From Squalus acanthias (taxonomy: Eukaryota), in contig CM059438.1 of NCBI GenBank assembly GCA_030390025.1, forward strand, positions 54,252,001-54,316,000: a stretch of 64,000 nucleotides of DNA. The letters are read 5' to 3'. How positions within the stretch are numbered: position 1 is the stretch's first letter; the number at the start of each line of letters is the position of its first letter. Made by a program: the position numbers and the translations under genes. Positions 49,601-64,000 of the stretch are shown here, piece by piece. Under the pieces are notes generated by a model. That model had not been told where the DNA came from and did no database searches. It saw only the letters and a list, made by a program, of their open reading frames with translations.

Positions 49601-52600
49601 CACTGGGAGTGCGATTAAACACTATCACTGGGAGTGGGATTAAACAGAATCACTGGGAGTGGGATTAAACAATCACTGGGAGTGGGATTAAACACAATCA
49701 CTGGGAGTGGGATTAAACAATCACTGGGAGCGGGATTAAACAATCACTGGGAGTGGGATTAAACACAATCACTGGGAGCGGGATTAAACAGTCACTGGGA
49801 GTGGGATTAAACACAATCACTGGGAGTGGGATTAAACACAGTTACTGGGAGTGGGATTAAACACAATTACTGGGAGTGGGATTAAACACTAACACTGGGA
49901 GTGGGATTAAACACAATCACTGGGAATGGGATTAAACACAATTACTGGGAGTGGGATTAAACACTATCACTGGGAGTGGGATTAAACACAATCACTGGGA
50001 ATGGGATTAAACACAATTACTGGGAGTGGGATTAAACACTATCACTGGGAGTGCGATTAAACACAATCACTGGGAGTGGGATTAAACAATCACTGGGAGC
50101 AGGATTAAACAATCACTGGGAGTGGGATTAAACACAATCTCTGGGAGCGGGATTAAACAGTCACTGGGAGTGGGATTAAACACAATCACTGGGAGCGGGA
50201 TTAAACAATCACTGGGAGTGGGATTAAACACAATTACTGTGAGTGGGATTAAACACAATTACTGGGAGTGGGATTAAACACAATCACAGGGAGTGGGATT
50301 AAACACAATTACTGGGAGTGGGATTAAACACAATTACTGGGAGTGGGATTAAACACAATTACTGGGAGTGGGATTAAACAATTACTGGGAGTGGGATTAA
50401 ACACAATCACTGGGAGTGGGATTAAACATAATTACTGGGAGTGGGATTAAACACAATTACTGGGAGTGGGATTAAACACAATCACTGGGAGTGGGATTAA
50501 ACACAATTACTGGGAGTGGGATTAAACACAATTACTGGGAGTGGGATTAAACACAATTACTGGGAGTGCGATTAAACACAATTACTGGGAGTGGGATTAA
50601 ACACAATTACTGGGAGTGGGATTAAACACAATTACTGGGAGTGGGATTAAACACAATTACTGGGAGTGCGATTACGCACAATTACTGGGAGTGCGATTAA
50701 GCACAATCACTGGGAGTGGGATTAAACACAATTACTGGGAGTGGGATTAAACACAATCACTGGGAGTGCGATTAAACACAATTACTGGGAGTGGGATTAA
50801 ACACAATCACTGGGAGTGGGATTAAACACAATTACTGGGAGTGGGATTAAACACAATCATTGGGAGTGCGATTAAACAGAATTACTGGGAGTGGGATTAA
50901 ACACAATTACTGGGAGTGGGATTAAACACAATTACTGGGAGTGGGATTAAACACAATCACTGGGAGTGCGATTAAACACAATTACTGGGAGTGGGATTAA
51001 ACACAATCACTGGGAGTGGGATTAAACACAATCACTGGGAGTGGGATTAAACACAATCACTGGGAGTGCGATTAAACACAATTACTGGGAGTGCGATTAA
51101 ACACAATCACTGGGAGTGCGATTAAACACAATTACTGGGAGTGGGATTAAACAATCACTGGGAGTGCGATTAAACACAATTACTGGGAGTGCGATTAAAC
51201 ACAATTACTGGGAGTGGGATTAAACACAATTACTTTGAGTGCGATTAAACACAATTACTGGGAGTGCGATTAAACACAATTACTGGGAGTGGGATTAAAC
51301 ACAATTACTGGGAGTGCGATTAAACACAATTACTGGGAGTGGGATTAAACACAATTACTGGGAGTGCGATTAAACACAATTACTGGGAGTGCGATTAAAC
51401 ACAATCACTGGGAGTGGGATTAAACACAATTACTGGGAGTGCGATTAAACACAATTACTGGGAGTGGGATTAAACACAATTACTGGGAGTGCGATTAAAC
51501 ACAATTACTGGGAGTGCGATTAAACACAATCACTGGGAGTGGGATTAAACACAATTACTGGGAGTGCGATTAAACACAATTACTGGGAGTGCGATTAAAC
51601 ACAATTACTGGGAGTGCGATTAAACACAATCACTGGGAGTGGGATTAAACACAATCACTGGGTGTGGGATTAAACACAATTACTGGGAGTGCGATTAAAC
51701 ACAATCACTGGGAGTGGGATTAAACACAATTACTGGGAGTGCAATTAAACACAATCACTTTGAGTGGGATTAAACACAATCACTGGGAGTGGGATTAAAC
51801 ACAATTACTGGGAGTGCGATTAAACACAATTACTGGGTGTGGGATTAAACACAATCACTGGGAGTGCGATTAAACACTATCACTGGGAGTGGGATTAAAC
51901 AGAATCACTGGGAGTGGGATTAAACACAATCACTGGGAGTGGGATTAAACACAATCACTGGGAGTGGGATTAAACACAATCACTGGGAGTGGGATTAAAC
52001 ACAATTACTGGGAGTGGGATTAAACACAATTACTGGGAGTGGGATTAAACACAATCACTGGGAGTGGGATTAAACACAATCACTGGGAGTGGGATTAAAC
52101 ACAATTACTGGGAGTGGGATTAAACACAATTACTCGGAGTGGGATTAAACACAATTACTGGGAGTGGGATTAAACACAATTACTGGGAGTGGGATTAAAC
52201 ACAATTACTGGGAATGGGATTAAACACAATTACTGGGAGTGGGATTAAACACAATTACTGGGAGTGGGATTAAACACAATCACTGGGAATGGGATTAAAC
52301 ACAATTACTGGGAGTGGGATTAAACACAATTACTGGGAATGGGATTAAACACAATTACTGGGAGTGGGATTAAACACAATTACTGGGAGTGGGATTAAAC
52401 ACAATCACTGGGAATGGGATTAAACACAATCACTGGGAATGGGATTAAACACAATTACTGGGAATGGGATTAAACACAATTACTGGGAGTGGGATTAAAC
52501 ACAATCACTGGGAATGCGATTAAACACAATTACTGGGAGTGGGATTAAACACAATCACTGGGAGTGGGATTAAACACAATCACTGGGAGTGGGATTAAAC

Positions 52601-55600
52601 ACAATCACTGGGAGTGGGATTAAACACAATCACTGGGAGTGCGATTTGACACAATTACTGGGAGTGGGATTAAACAATCACTGGGAGTGCGGATTAAACA
52701 CAATCACTGGGAGTGGGATTAAACACAATCACTGGGAGTGCGATTAAACACAATCACTGGGAGTGCGATTAAACACAATTACTTGGAATGGGATTAAACA
52801 CAATCACTGGGAATGGGATTAAACACAATTACTGGGAGTGCGATTAAACACAATTACTGGGAGTGGGATTAAACACAATTACTTTGAGTGAGATTAAACA
52901 CAATTACTGGGAGTGCGATTAAACACAATTACTTTGAGTGCGATTAAACACAATTACTGGGAGTGCGATTAAACACAATTACTGGGAGTGGGATTAAACA
53001 CAATTACTGGGAGTGCGATTAAACACAATTACTGGGAGTGGGATTAAACACAATTACTGGGAGTGCGATTAAACACAATTACTGGGAGTGCGATTAAACA
53101 CAATCACTGGGAGTGGGATTAAACACAATTACTGGGAGTGCGATTAAACACAATTACTGGGAGTGGGATTAAACACAATTACTGGGAGTGCGATTAAACA
53201 CAATTACTGGGAGTGCGATTAAACACAATCACTGGGAGTGGGATTAAACACAATTACTGGGAGTGCGATTAAACACAATTACTGGGAGTGCGATTAAACA
53301 CAATTACTGGGAGTGCGATTAAACACAATCACTGGGAGTGGGATTAAACACAATCACTGGGTGTGGGATTAAACACAATTACTGGGAGTGCGATTAAACA
53401 CAATCACTGGGAGTGGGATTAAACACAATTACTGGGAGTGCAATTAAACACAATCACTTTGAGTGGGATTAAACACAATCACTGGGAGTGGGATTAAACA
53501 CAATTACTGGGAGTGCGATTAAACACAATTACTGGGTGTGGGATTAAACACAATCACTGGGAGTGCGATTAAACACTATCACTGGGAGTGGGATTAAACA
53601 GAATCACTGGGAGTGGGATTAAACACAATCACTGGGAGTGGGATTAAACACAATCACTGGGAGTGGGATTAAACACAATCACTGGGAGTGGGATTAAACA
53701 CAATTACTGGGAGTGGGATTAAACACAATTACTGGGAGTGGGATTAAACACAATCACTGGGAGTGGGATTAAACACAATCACTGGGAGTGGGATTAAACA
53801 CAATTACTGGGAGTGGGATTAAACACAATTACTCGGAGTGGGATTAAACACAATTACTGGGAGTGGGATTAAACACAATTACTGGGAGTGGGATTAAACA
53901 CAATTACTGGGAATGGGATTAAACACAATTACTGGGAGTGGGATTAAACACAATTACTGGGAGTGGGATTAAACACAATCACTGGGAATGGGATTAAACA
54001 CAATTACTGGGAGTGGGATTAAACACAATTACTGGGAATGGGATTAAACACAATTACTGGGAGTGGGATTAAACACAATTACTGGGAGTGGGATTAAACA
54101 CAATCACTGGGAATGGGATTAAACACAATCACTGGGAATGGGATTAAACACAATTACTGGGAATGGGATTAAACACAATTACTGGGAGTGGGATTAAACA
54201 CAATCACTGGGAATGCGATTAAACACAATTACTGGGAGTGGGATTAAACACAATCACTGGGAGTGGGATTAAACACAATCACTGGGAGTGGGATTAAACA
54301 CAATCACTGGGAGTGGGATTAAACACAATCACTGGGAGTGCGATTTGACACAATTACTGGGAGTGGGATTAAACAATCACTGGGAGTGCGGTTAAACACA
54401 ATCACTGGGAGTGGGATTAAACACAATCACTGGGAGTGCGATTAAACACAATCACTGGGAGTGCGATTAAACACAATTACTTGGAATGGGATTAAACACA
54501 ATCACTGGGAATGGGATTAAACACAATTACTGGGAGTGCGATTAAACACAATTACTGGGAGTGGGATTAAACACAATTACTTTGAGTGAGATTAAACACA
54601 ATTACTGGGAGTGCGATTAAACACAATTACTGGGAGTGGGATTAAACACAATTACTGGGAGTGCGATTAAACACAATTACTGGGAGTGGGATTAAACACA
54701 ATTACTGGGAGTGCGATTAAACACAATTACTGGGAGTGCGATTAAACACAATCACTGGGAGTGGGATTAAACACAATTACTGGGAGTGCGATTAAACACA
54801 ATTACTGGGAGTGGGATTAAACACAATTACTGGGAGTGCGATTAAACACAATTACTGGGAGTGCGATTAAACACAATCACTGGGAGTGGGATTAAACACA
54901 ATTACTGGGAGTGCGATTAAACACAATTACTGGGAGTGCGATTAAACACAATTACTGGGAGTGCGATTAAACACAATCACTGGGAGTGGGATTAAACACA
55001 ATCACTGGGTGTGGGATTAAACACAATTACTGGGAGTGCGATTAAACACAATCACTGGGAGTGGGATTAAACACAATTACTGGGAGTGCAATTAAACACA
55101 ATCACTTTGAGTGGGATTAAACACAATCACTGGGAGTGGGATTAAACACAATTACTGGGAGTGCGATTAAACACAATTACTGGGTGTGGGATTAAACACA
55201 ATCACTGGGAGTGCGATTAAACACTATCACTGGGAGTGGGATTAAACAGAATCACTGGGAGTGGGATTAAACACAATCACTGGGAGTGCGATTAAACACA
55301 ATTACTGGGAGTGCGATTAAACACAATTACTGGGAGTGCGATTAAACACAATTACTGGGAGTGCGATTAAACACAATCACTGGGAGTGGGATTAAACACA
55401 ATCACTGGGTGTGGGATTAAACACAGTTACTGGGAGTGCGATTAAACACAATCACTGGGAGTGGGATTAAACACAATTACTGGGAGTGCAATTAAACACA
55501 ATCACTTTGAGTGGGATTAAACACAATCACTGGGAGTGGGATTAAACACAATTACTGGGAGTGCGATTAAACACAATTACTGGGTGTGGGATTAAACACA

Positions 55601-58600
55601 ATCACTGGGAGTGCGATTAAACACTATCACTGGGAGTGGGATTAAACAGAATCACTGGGAGTGGGATTAAACACAATCACTGGGAGTGGGATTAAACACA
55701 ATCACTGGGAGTGGGATTAAACACAATCACTGGGAGTGGGATTAAACACAATTACTGGGAGTGGGATTAAACACAATTACTGGGAGTGGGATTAAACACA
55801 ATCACTGGGAGTGGGATTAAACACAATCACTGGGAGTGGGATTAAACACAATTACTGGGAGTGGGATTAAACACAATTACTCGGAGTGGGATTAAACACA
55901 ATTACTGGGAGTGGGATTAAACACAATTACTGGGAGTGGGATTAAACACAATTACTGGGAATGGGATTAAACACAATTACTGGGAGTGGGATTAAACACA
56001 ATTACTGGGAGTGGGATTAAACACAATCACTGGGAATGGGATTAAACACAATTACTGGGAGTGGGATTAAACACAATTACTGGGAATGGGATTAAACACA
56101 ATTACTGGGAGTGGGATTAAACACAATTACTGGGAGTGGGATTAAACACAATCACTGGGAATGGGATTAAACACAATCACTGGGAATGGGATTAAACACA
56201 ATTACTGGGAATGGGATTAAACACAATTACTGGGAGTGGGATTAAACACAATCACTGGGAATGCGATTAAACACAATTACTGGGAGTGGGATTAAACACA
56301 ATCACTGGGAGTGGGATTAAACACAATCACTGGGAGTGGGATTAAACACAATCACTGGGAGTGGGATTAAACACAATCACTGGGAGTGCGATTTGACACA
56401 ATTACTGGGAGTGGGATTAAACAATCACTGGGAGTGCGGTTAAACACAATCACTGGGAGTGGGATTAAACACAATCACTGGGAGTGCGATTAAACACAAT
56501 CACTGGGAATGGGATTAAACACAATTACTGGGAATGGGATTAAACACAATCACTGGGAGTGCGATTAAACACAATTACTTGGAATGGGATTAAACACAAT
56601 CACTGGGAATGGGATTAAACACAATTACTGGGAGTGCGATTAAACACAATTACTGGGAGTGGGATTAAACACAATTACTTTGAGTGTGATTAAACACAAT
56701 TACTGGGAGTGCGATTAAACACAATTACTGGGAGTGGGATTAAACACAATTACTGGGAGTGCGATTAAACACAATTACTGGGAGTGGGATTAAACACAAT
56801 TACTGGGAGTGCGATTAAACACAATTACTGGGAGTGCGATTAAACACAATCACTGGGAGTGGGATTAAACACAATTACTGGGAGTGCGATTAAACACAAT
56901 TACTGGGAGTGGGATTAAACACAATTACTGGGAGTGCGATTAAACACAATTACTGGGAGTGCGATTAAACACAATCACTGGGAGTGGGATTAAACACAAT
57001 TACCGGGAGTGCGATTAAACACAATTACTGGGAGTGCGATTAAACACAATTACTGGGAGTGCGATTAAACACAATCACTGGGAGTGGGATTAAACACCAT
57101 CACTGGGTGTGGGATTAAACACAATTACTGGGAGTGCGATTAAACACAATCACTGGGAGTGGGATTAAACACAATTACTGGGAGTGCAATTAAACACAAT
57201 CACTTTGAGTGGGATTAAACACAATCACTGGGAGTGGGATTAAACACAATTACTGGGAGTGCGATTAAACACAATTACTGGGTGTGGGATTAAACACAAT
57301 CACTGGGAGTGCGATTAAACACTATCACTGGGAGTGGGATTAAACAGAATCACTGGGAGTGGGATTAAACACAATCACTGGGAGTGCGATTAAACACAAT
57401 TACTGGGAGTGCGATTAAACACATTTACTGGGAGTGCGATTAAACACAATCACTGGGAGTGCGATTAAACACATTTACTGGGAGTGCGATTAAACACAAT
57501 CACTGGGAGTGCGATTAAACACAATTACTGGGAGTGGGATTAAACACAATTACTGGGAGTGCGATTAAACACAATCACAGAGTGGGATTAAACACAATCA
57601 CTGGGAGTGCGATTAAACACAATCACTGGGAGTGGGATTAAACACAATCACTGAGAGTGGGATTAAACACAATCACTGGGAGTGGGATTAAACACAATTA
57701 CTGGGAGTGCGATTAAACACAATTACTGGGAGTGCGATTAAACACAATCACTGAGAGTGGGATTAAACACAATCACTGGGAGTGGGATTAAACACAATCA
57801 CTGGGAGTGGGATTAAACACAATTACTGGGTGTGGGATTAAACACAATCACTGGGAGTGGGATTAAACACTATCACTGGGAGTGCGATTAAACACTATCA
57901 CTGGGAGTGGGATTAAACAGAATCACTGGGAGTGGGATTAAACAATCACTGGGAGTGGGATTAAACACAATCACTGGGAGTGGGATTAAACAATCACTGG
58001 GAGCGGGATTAAACAATCACTGGGAGTGGGATTAAACACAATCACTGGGAGCGGGATTAAACAGTCACTGGGAGTGGGATTAAACACAATCACTGGGAGT
58101 GGGATTAAACACAGTTACTGGGAGTGGGATTAAACACAATTACTGGGAGTGGGATTAAACACTAACACTGGGAGTGGGATTAAACACAATCACTGGGAAT
58201 GGGATTAAACACAATTACTGGGAGTGGGATTAAACACTATCACTGGGAGTGGGATTAAACACAATCACTGGGAATGGGATTAAACACAATTACTGGGAGT
58301 GGGATTAAACACTATCACTGGGAGTGCGATTAAACACAATCACTGGGAGTGGGATTAAACAATCACTGGGAGCAGGATTAAACAATCACTGGGAGTGGGA
58401 TTAAACACAATCTCTGGGAGCGGGATTAAACAGTCACTGGGAGTGGGATTAAACACAATCACTGGGAGCGGGATTAAACAATCACTGGGAGTGGGATTAA
58501 ACACAATTACTGTGAGTGGGATTAAACACAATTACTGGGAGTGGGATTAAACACAATCACAGGGAGTGGGATTAAACACAATTACTGGGAGTGGGATTAA

Positions 58601-61600
58601 ACACAATTACTGGGAGTGGGATTAAACACAATTACTGGGAGTGGGATTAAACAATTACTGGGAGTGGGATTAAACACAATCACTGGGAGTGGGATTAAAC
58701 ATAATTACTGGGAGTGGGATTAAACACAATTACTGGGAGTGGGATTAAACACAATCACTGGGAGTGGGATTAAACACAATTACTGGGAGTGGGATTAAAC
58801 ACAATTACTGGGAGTGGGATTAAACACAATTACTGGGAGTGCGATTAAACACAATTACTGGGAGTGGGATTAAACACAATTACTGGGAGTGGGATTAAAC
58901 ACAATTACTGGGAGTGGGATTAAACACAATTACTGGGAGTGCGATTACGCACAATTACTGGGAGTGCGATTAAGCACAATCACTGGGAGTGGGATTAAAC
59001 ACAATTACTGGGAGTGGGATTAAACACAATCACTGGGAGTGCGATTAAACACAATTACTGGGAGTGGGATTAAACACAATCACTGGGAGTGGGAATAAAC
59101 ACAATTACTGGGAGTGGGATTAAACACAATCATTGGGAGTGCGATTAAACACAATTACTGGGAGTGGGATTAAACACAATTACTGGGAGTGGGATTAAAC
59201 ACAATTACTGGGAGTGGGATTAAACACAATCACTGGGAGTGCGATTAAACACAATTACTGGGAGTGCGATTAAACACAATCACTGGGAGTGCGATTAAAC
59301 ACAATTACTGGGAGTGGGATTAAACACAATCACTGGGAGTGGGATTAAACACAATCACTGGGAGTGGGATTAAACACAATCACTGGGAGTGCGATTAAAC
59401 ACAATTACTGGGAGTGCGATTAAACACAATCACTGGGAGTGCGATTAAACACAATTACTGGGAGTGGGATTAAACAATCACTGGGAGTGCGATTAAACAC
59501 AATTACTGGGAGTGCGATTAAACACAATTACTGGGAGTGGGATTAAACACAATTACTTTGAGTGCGATTAAACACAATTACTGGGAGTGCGATTAAACAC
59601 AATTACTGGGAGTGGGATTAAACACAATTACTGGGAGTGCGATTAAACACAATTACTGGGAGTGGGATTAAACACAATTACTGGGAGTGCGATTAAACAC
59701 AATTACTGGGAGTGCGATTAAACACAATCACTGGGAGTGGGATTAAACACAATTACTGGGAGTGCGATTAAACACAATTACTGGGAGTGGGATTAAACAC
59801 AATTACTGGGAGTGCGATTAAACACAATTACTGGGAGTGCGATTAAACACAATCACTGGGAGTGGGATTAAACACAATTACTGGGAGTGCGATTAAACAC
59901 AATTACTGGGAGTGCGATTAAACACAATTACTGGGAGTGCGATTAAACACAATCACTGGGAGTGGGATTAAACACAATCACTGGGTGTGGGATTAAACAC
60001 AATTACTGGAGTGCGATTAAACACAATCACTGGGAGTGGGATTAAACACAATTACTGGGAGTGCAATTAAACACAATCACTTTGAGTGGGATTAAACACA
60101 ATCACTGGGAGTGGGATTAAACACAATTACTGGGAGTGCGATTAAACACAATTACTGGGTGTGGGATTAAACACAATCACTGGGAGTGCGATTAAACACT
60201 ATCACTGGGAGTGGGATTAAACAGAATCACTGGGAGTGGGATTAAACACAATCACTGGGAGTGGGATTAAACACAATCACTGGGAGTGGGATTAAACACA
60301 ATCACTGGGAGTGGGATTAAACACAATTACTGGGAGTGGGATTAAACACAATTACTGGGAGTGGGATTAAACACAATCACTGGGAGTGGGATTAAACACA
60401 ATCACTGGGAGTGGGATTAAACACAATTACTGGGAGTGCGATTAAACACAATTACTGGGAGTGCGATTAAACACAATTACTGGGAGTGCGATTAAACACA
60501 ATCACTGGGAGTGGGATTAAACACAATCACTGGGTGTGGGATTAAACACAATTACTGGGAGTGCGATTAAACACAATCACTGGGAGTGGGATTAAACACA
60601 ATTACTGGGAGTGCAATTAAACACAATCACTTTGAGTGGGATTAAACACAATCACTGGGAGTGGGATTAAACACAATTACTGGGAGTGCGATTAAACACA
60701 ATTACTGGGTGTGGGATTAAACACAATCACTGGGAGTGCGATTAAACACTATCACTGGGAGTGGGATTAAACAGAATCACTGGGAGTGGGATTAAACACA
60801 ATCACTGGGAGTGGGATTAAACACAATCACTGGGAGTGGGATTAAACACAATCACTGGGAGTGGGATTAAACACAATTACTGGGAGTGGGATTAAACACA
60901 ATTACTGGGAGTGGGATTAAACACAATCACTGGGAGTGGGATTAAACACAATCACTGGGAGTGGGATTAAACACAATTACTGGGAGTGGGATTAAACACA
61001 ATTACTCGGAGTGGGATTAAACACAATTACTGGGAGTGGGATTAAACACAATTACTGGGAGTGGGATTAAACACAATTACTGGGAATGGGATTAAACACA
61101 ATTACTGGGAGTGGGATTAAACACAATTACTGGGAGTGGGATTAAACACAATCACTGGGAATGGGATTAAACACAATTACTGGGAGTGGGATTAAACACA
61201 ATTACTGGGAATGGGATTAAACACAATTACTGGGAGTGGGATTAAACACAATTACTGGGAGTGGGATTAAACACAATCACTGGGAATGGGATTAAACACA
61301 ATCACTGGGAATGGGATTAAACACAATTACTGGGAATGGGATTAAACACAATTACTGGGAGTGGGATTAAACACAATCACTGGGAATGCGATTAAACACA
61401 ATTACTGGGAGTGGGATTAAACACAATCACTGGGAGTGGGATTAAACACAATCACTGGGAGTGGGATTAAACACAATCACTGGGAGTGGGATTAAACACA
61501 ATCACTGGGAGTGCGATTTGACACAATTACTGGGAGTGGGATTAAACAATCACTGGGAGTGCGGTTAAACACAATCACTGGGAGTGGGATTAAACACAAT

Positions 61601-64000
61601 CACTGGGAGTGCGATTAAACACAATCACTGGGAATGGGATTAAACACAATTACTGGGAATGGGATTAAACACAATCACTGGGAGTGCGATTAAACACAAT
61701 TACTTGGAATGGGATTAAACACAATCACTGGGAATGGGATTAAACACAATTACTGGGAGTGCGATTAAACACAATTACTGGGAGTGGGATTAAACACAAT
61801 TACTTTGAGTGTGATTAAACACAATTACTGGGAGTGCGATTAAACACAATTACTGGGAGTGGGATTAAACACAATTACTGGGAGTGCGATTAAACACAAT
61901 TACTGGGAGTGGGATTAAACACAATTACTGGGAGTGCGATTAAACACAATTACTGGGAGTGCGATTAAACACAATCACTGGGAGTGGGATTAAACACAAT
62001 TACTGGGAGTGCGATTAAACACAATTACTGGGAGTGGGATTAAACACAATTACTGGGAGTGCGATTAAACACAATTACTGGGAGTGCGATTAAACACAAT
62101 CACTGGGAGTGGGATTAAACACAATTACTGGGAGTGCGATTAAACACAATTACTGGGAGTGCGATTAAACACAATTACTGGGAGTGCGATTAAACACAAT
62201 CACTGGGAGTGGGATTAAACACAATCACTGGGTGTGGGATTAAACACAATTACTGGGAGTGCGATTAAACACAATCACTGGGAGTGGGATTAAACACAAT
62301 TACTGGGAGTGCAATTAAACACAATCACTTTGAGTGGGATTAAACACAATCACTGGGAGTGGGATTAAACACAATTACTGGGAGTGCGATTAAACACAAT
62401 TACTGGGTGTGGGATTAAACACAATCACTGGGAGTGCGATTAAACACTATCACTGGGAGTGGGATTAAACAGAATCACTGGGAGTGGGATTAAACACAAT
62501 CACTGGGAGTGCGATTAAACACAATTACTGGGAGTGCGATTAAACACATTTACTGGGAGTGCGATTAAACACAATCACTGGGAGTGCGATTAAACACATT
62601 TACTGGGAGTGCGATTAAACACAATCACTGGGAGTGCGATTAAACACAATTACTGGGAGTGGGATTAAACACAATTACTGGGAGTGCGATTAAACACAAT
62701 CACAGAGTGGGATTAAACACAATCACTGGGAGTGCGATTAAACACAATCACTGGGAGTGGGATTAAACACAATCACTGAGAGTGGGATTAAACACAATCA
62801 CTGGGAGTGGGATTAAACACAATTACTGGGAGTGCGATTAAACACAATTACTGGGAGTGCGATTAAACACAATCACTGAGAGTGGGATTAAACACAATCA
62901 CTGGGAGTGGGATTAAACACAATCACTGGGAGTGGGATTAAACACAATTACTGGGTGTGGGATTAAACACAATCACTGGGAGTGGGATTAAACACTATCA
63001 CTGGGAGTGCGATTAAACACTATCACTGGGAGTGGGATTAAACAGAATCACTGGGAGTGGGATTAAACAATCACTGGGAGTGGGATTAAACACAATCACT
63101 GGGAGTGGGATTAAACAATCACTGGGAGCGGGATTAAACAATCACTGGGAGTGGGATTAAACACAATCACTGGGAGCGGGATTAAACAGTCACTGGGAGT
63201 GGGATTAAACACAATCACTGGGAGTGGGATTAAACACAGTTACTGGGAGTGGGATTAAACACAATTACTGGGAGTGGGATTAAACACTAACACTGGGAGT
63301 GGGATTAAACACAATCACTGGGAATGGGATTAAACACAATTACTGGGAGTGGGATTAAACACTATCACTGGGAGTGGGATTAAACACAATCACTGGGAAT
63401 GGGATTAAACACAATTACTGGGAGTGGGATTAAACACTATCACTGGGAGTGCGATTAAACACAATCACTGGGAGTGGGATTAAACAATCACTGGGAGCAG
63501 GATTAAACAATCACTGGGAGTGGGATTAAACACAATCTCTGGGAGCGGGATTAAACAGTCACTGGGAGTGGGATTAAACACAATCACTGGGAGCGGGATT
63601 AAACAATCACTGGGAGTGGGATTAAACACAATTACTGTGAGTGGGATTAAACACAATTACTGGGAGTGGGATTAAACACAATCACAGGGAGTGGGATTAA
63701 ACACAATTACTGGGAGTGGGATTAAACACAATTACTGGGAGTGGGATTAAACACAATTACTGGGAGTGGGATTAAACAATTACTGGGAGTGGGATTAAAC
63801 ACAATCACTGGGAGTGGGATTAAACATAATTACTGGGAGTGGGATTAAACACAATTACTGGGAGTGGGATTAAACACAATCACTGGGAGTGGGATTAAAC
63901 ACAATTACTGGGAGTGGGATTAAACACAATTACTGGGAGTGGGATTAAACACAATTACTGGGAGTGCGATTAAACACAATTACTGGGAGTGGGATTAAAC
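28640..64000. repeat. 25-bp satellite (AAACACAATYACTGGGAGTGSGATT), ~1400 copies, open at the window edge
   Basis: Uninterrupted head-to-tail array with two dimorphic sites plus rare variants; no TE insertions seen. Confidence 0.99.

Noticed and set aside
28640..64000. CRISPR-like array or telomeric repeat
   Set aside because: Units are contiguous, with no unique spacers and no cas genes. GGGATT is TTAGGG reversed, not its complement.

Overview
Eukaryotic, repeat-only window with no recognisable host gene. The TE families suggest a cartilaginous fish (inference). Bases 1-28.4 kb are a nested stack of transposable elements and minisatellites. There are three PIF/Harbinger elements: one full-length with TIRs, an ATA target-site duplication and an intact spliced Myb/SANT gene; one non-autonomous; and one internally inverted so that Myb exons run in frame into the transposase. 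There are also three CR1-type LINE copies, a single-ORF LINE whose two ends resemble the LF-SINE, a Tx1-like ORF1 fragment, two Penelope-like insertions each carrying a minimal hammerhead ribozyme, and tandem repeats of 20, 21, ~24, 28, 54 and 67 bp. After a 200-N gap (28440-28639) the remaining ~35.4 kb is a 25-bp satellite with kb-scale higher-order blocks and a possible assembly duplication. Family names come from recalled motifs, not database searches.
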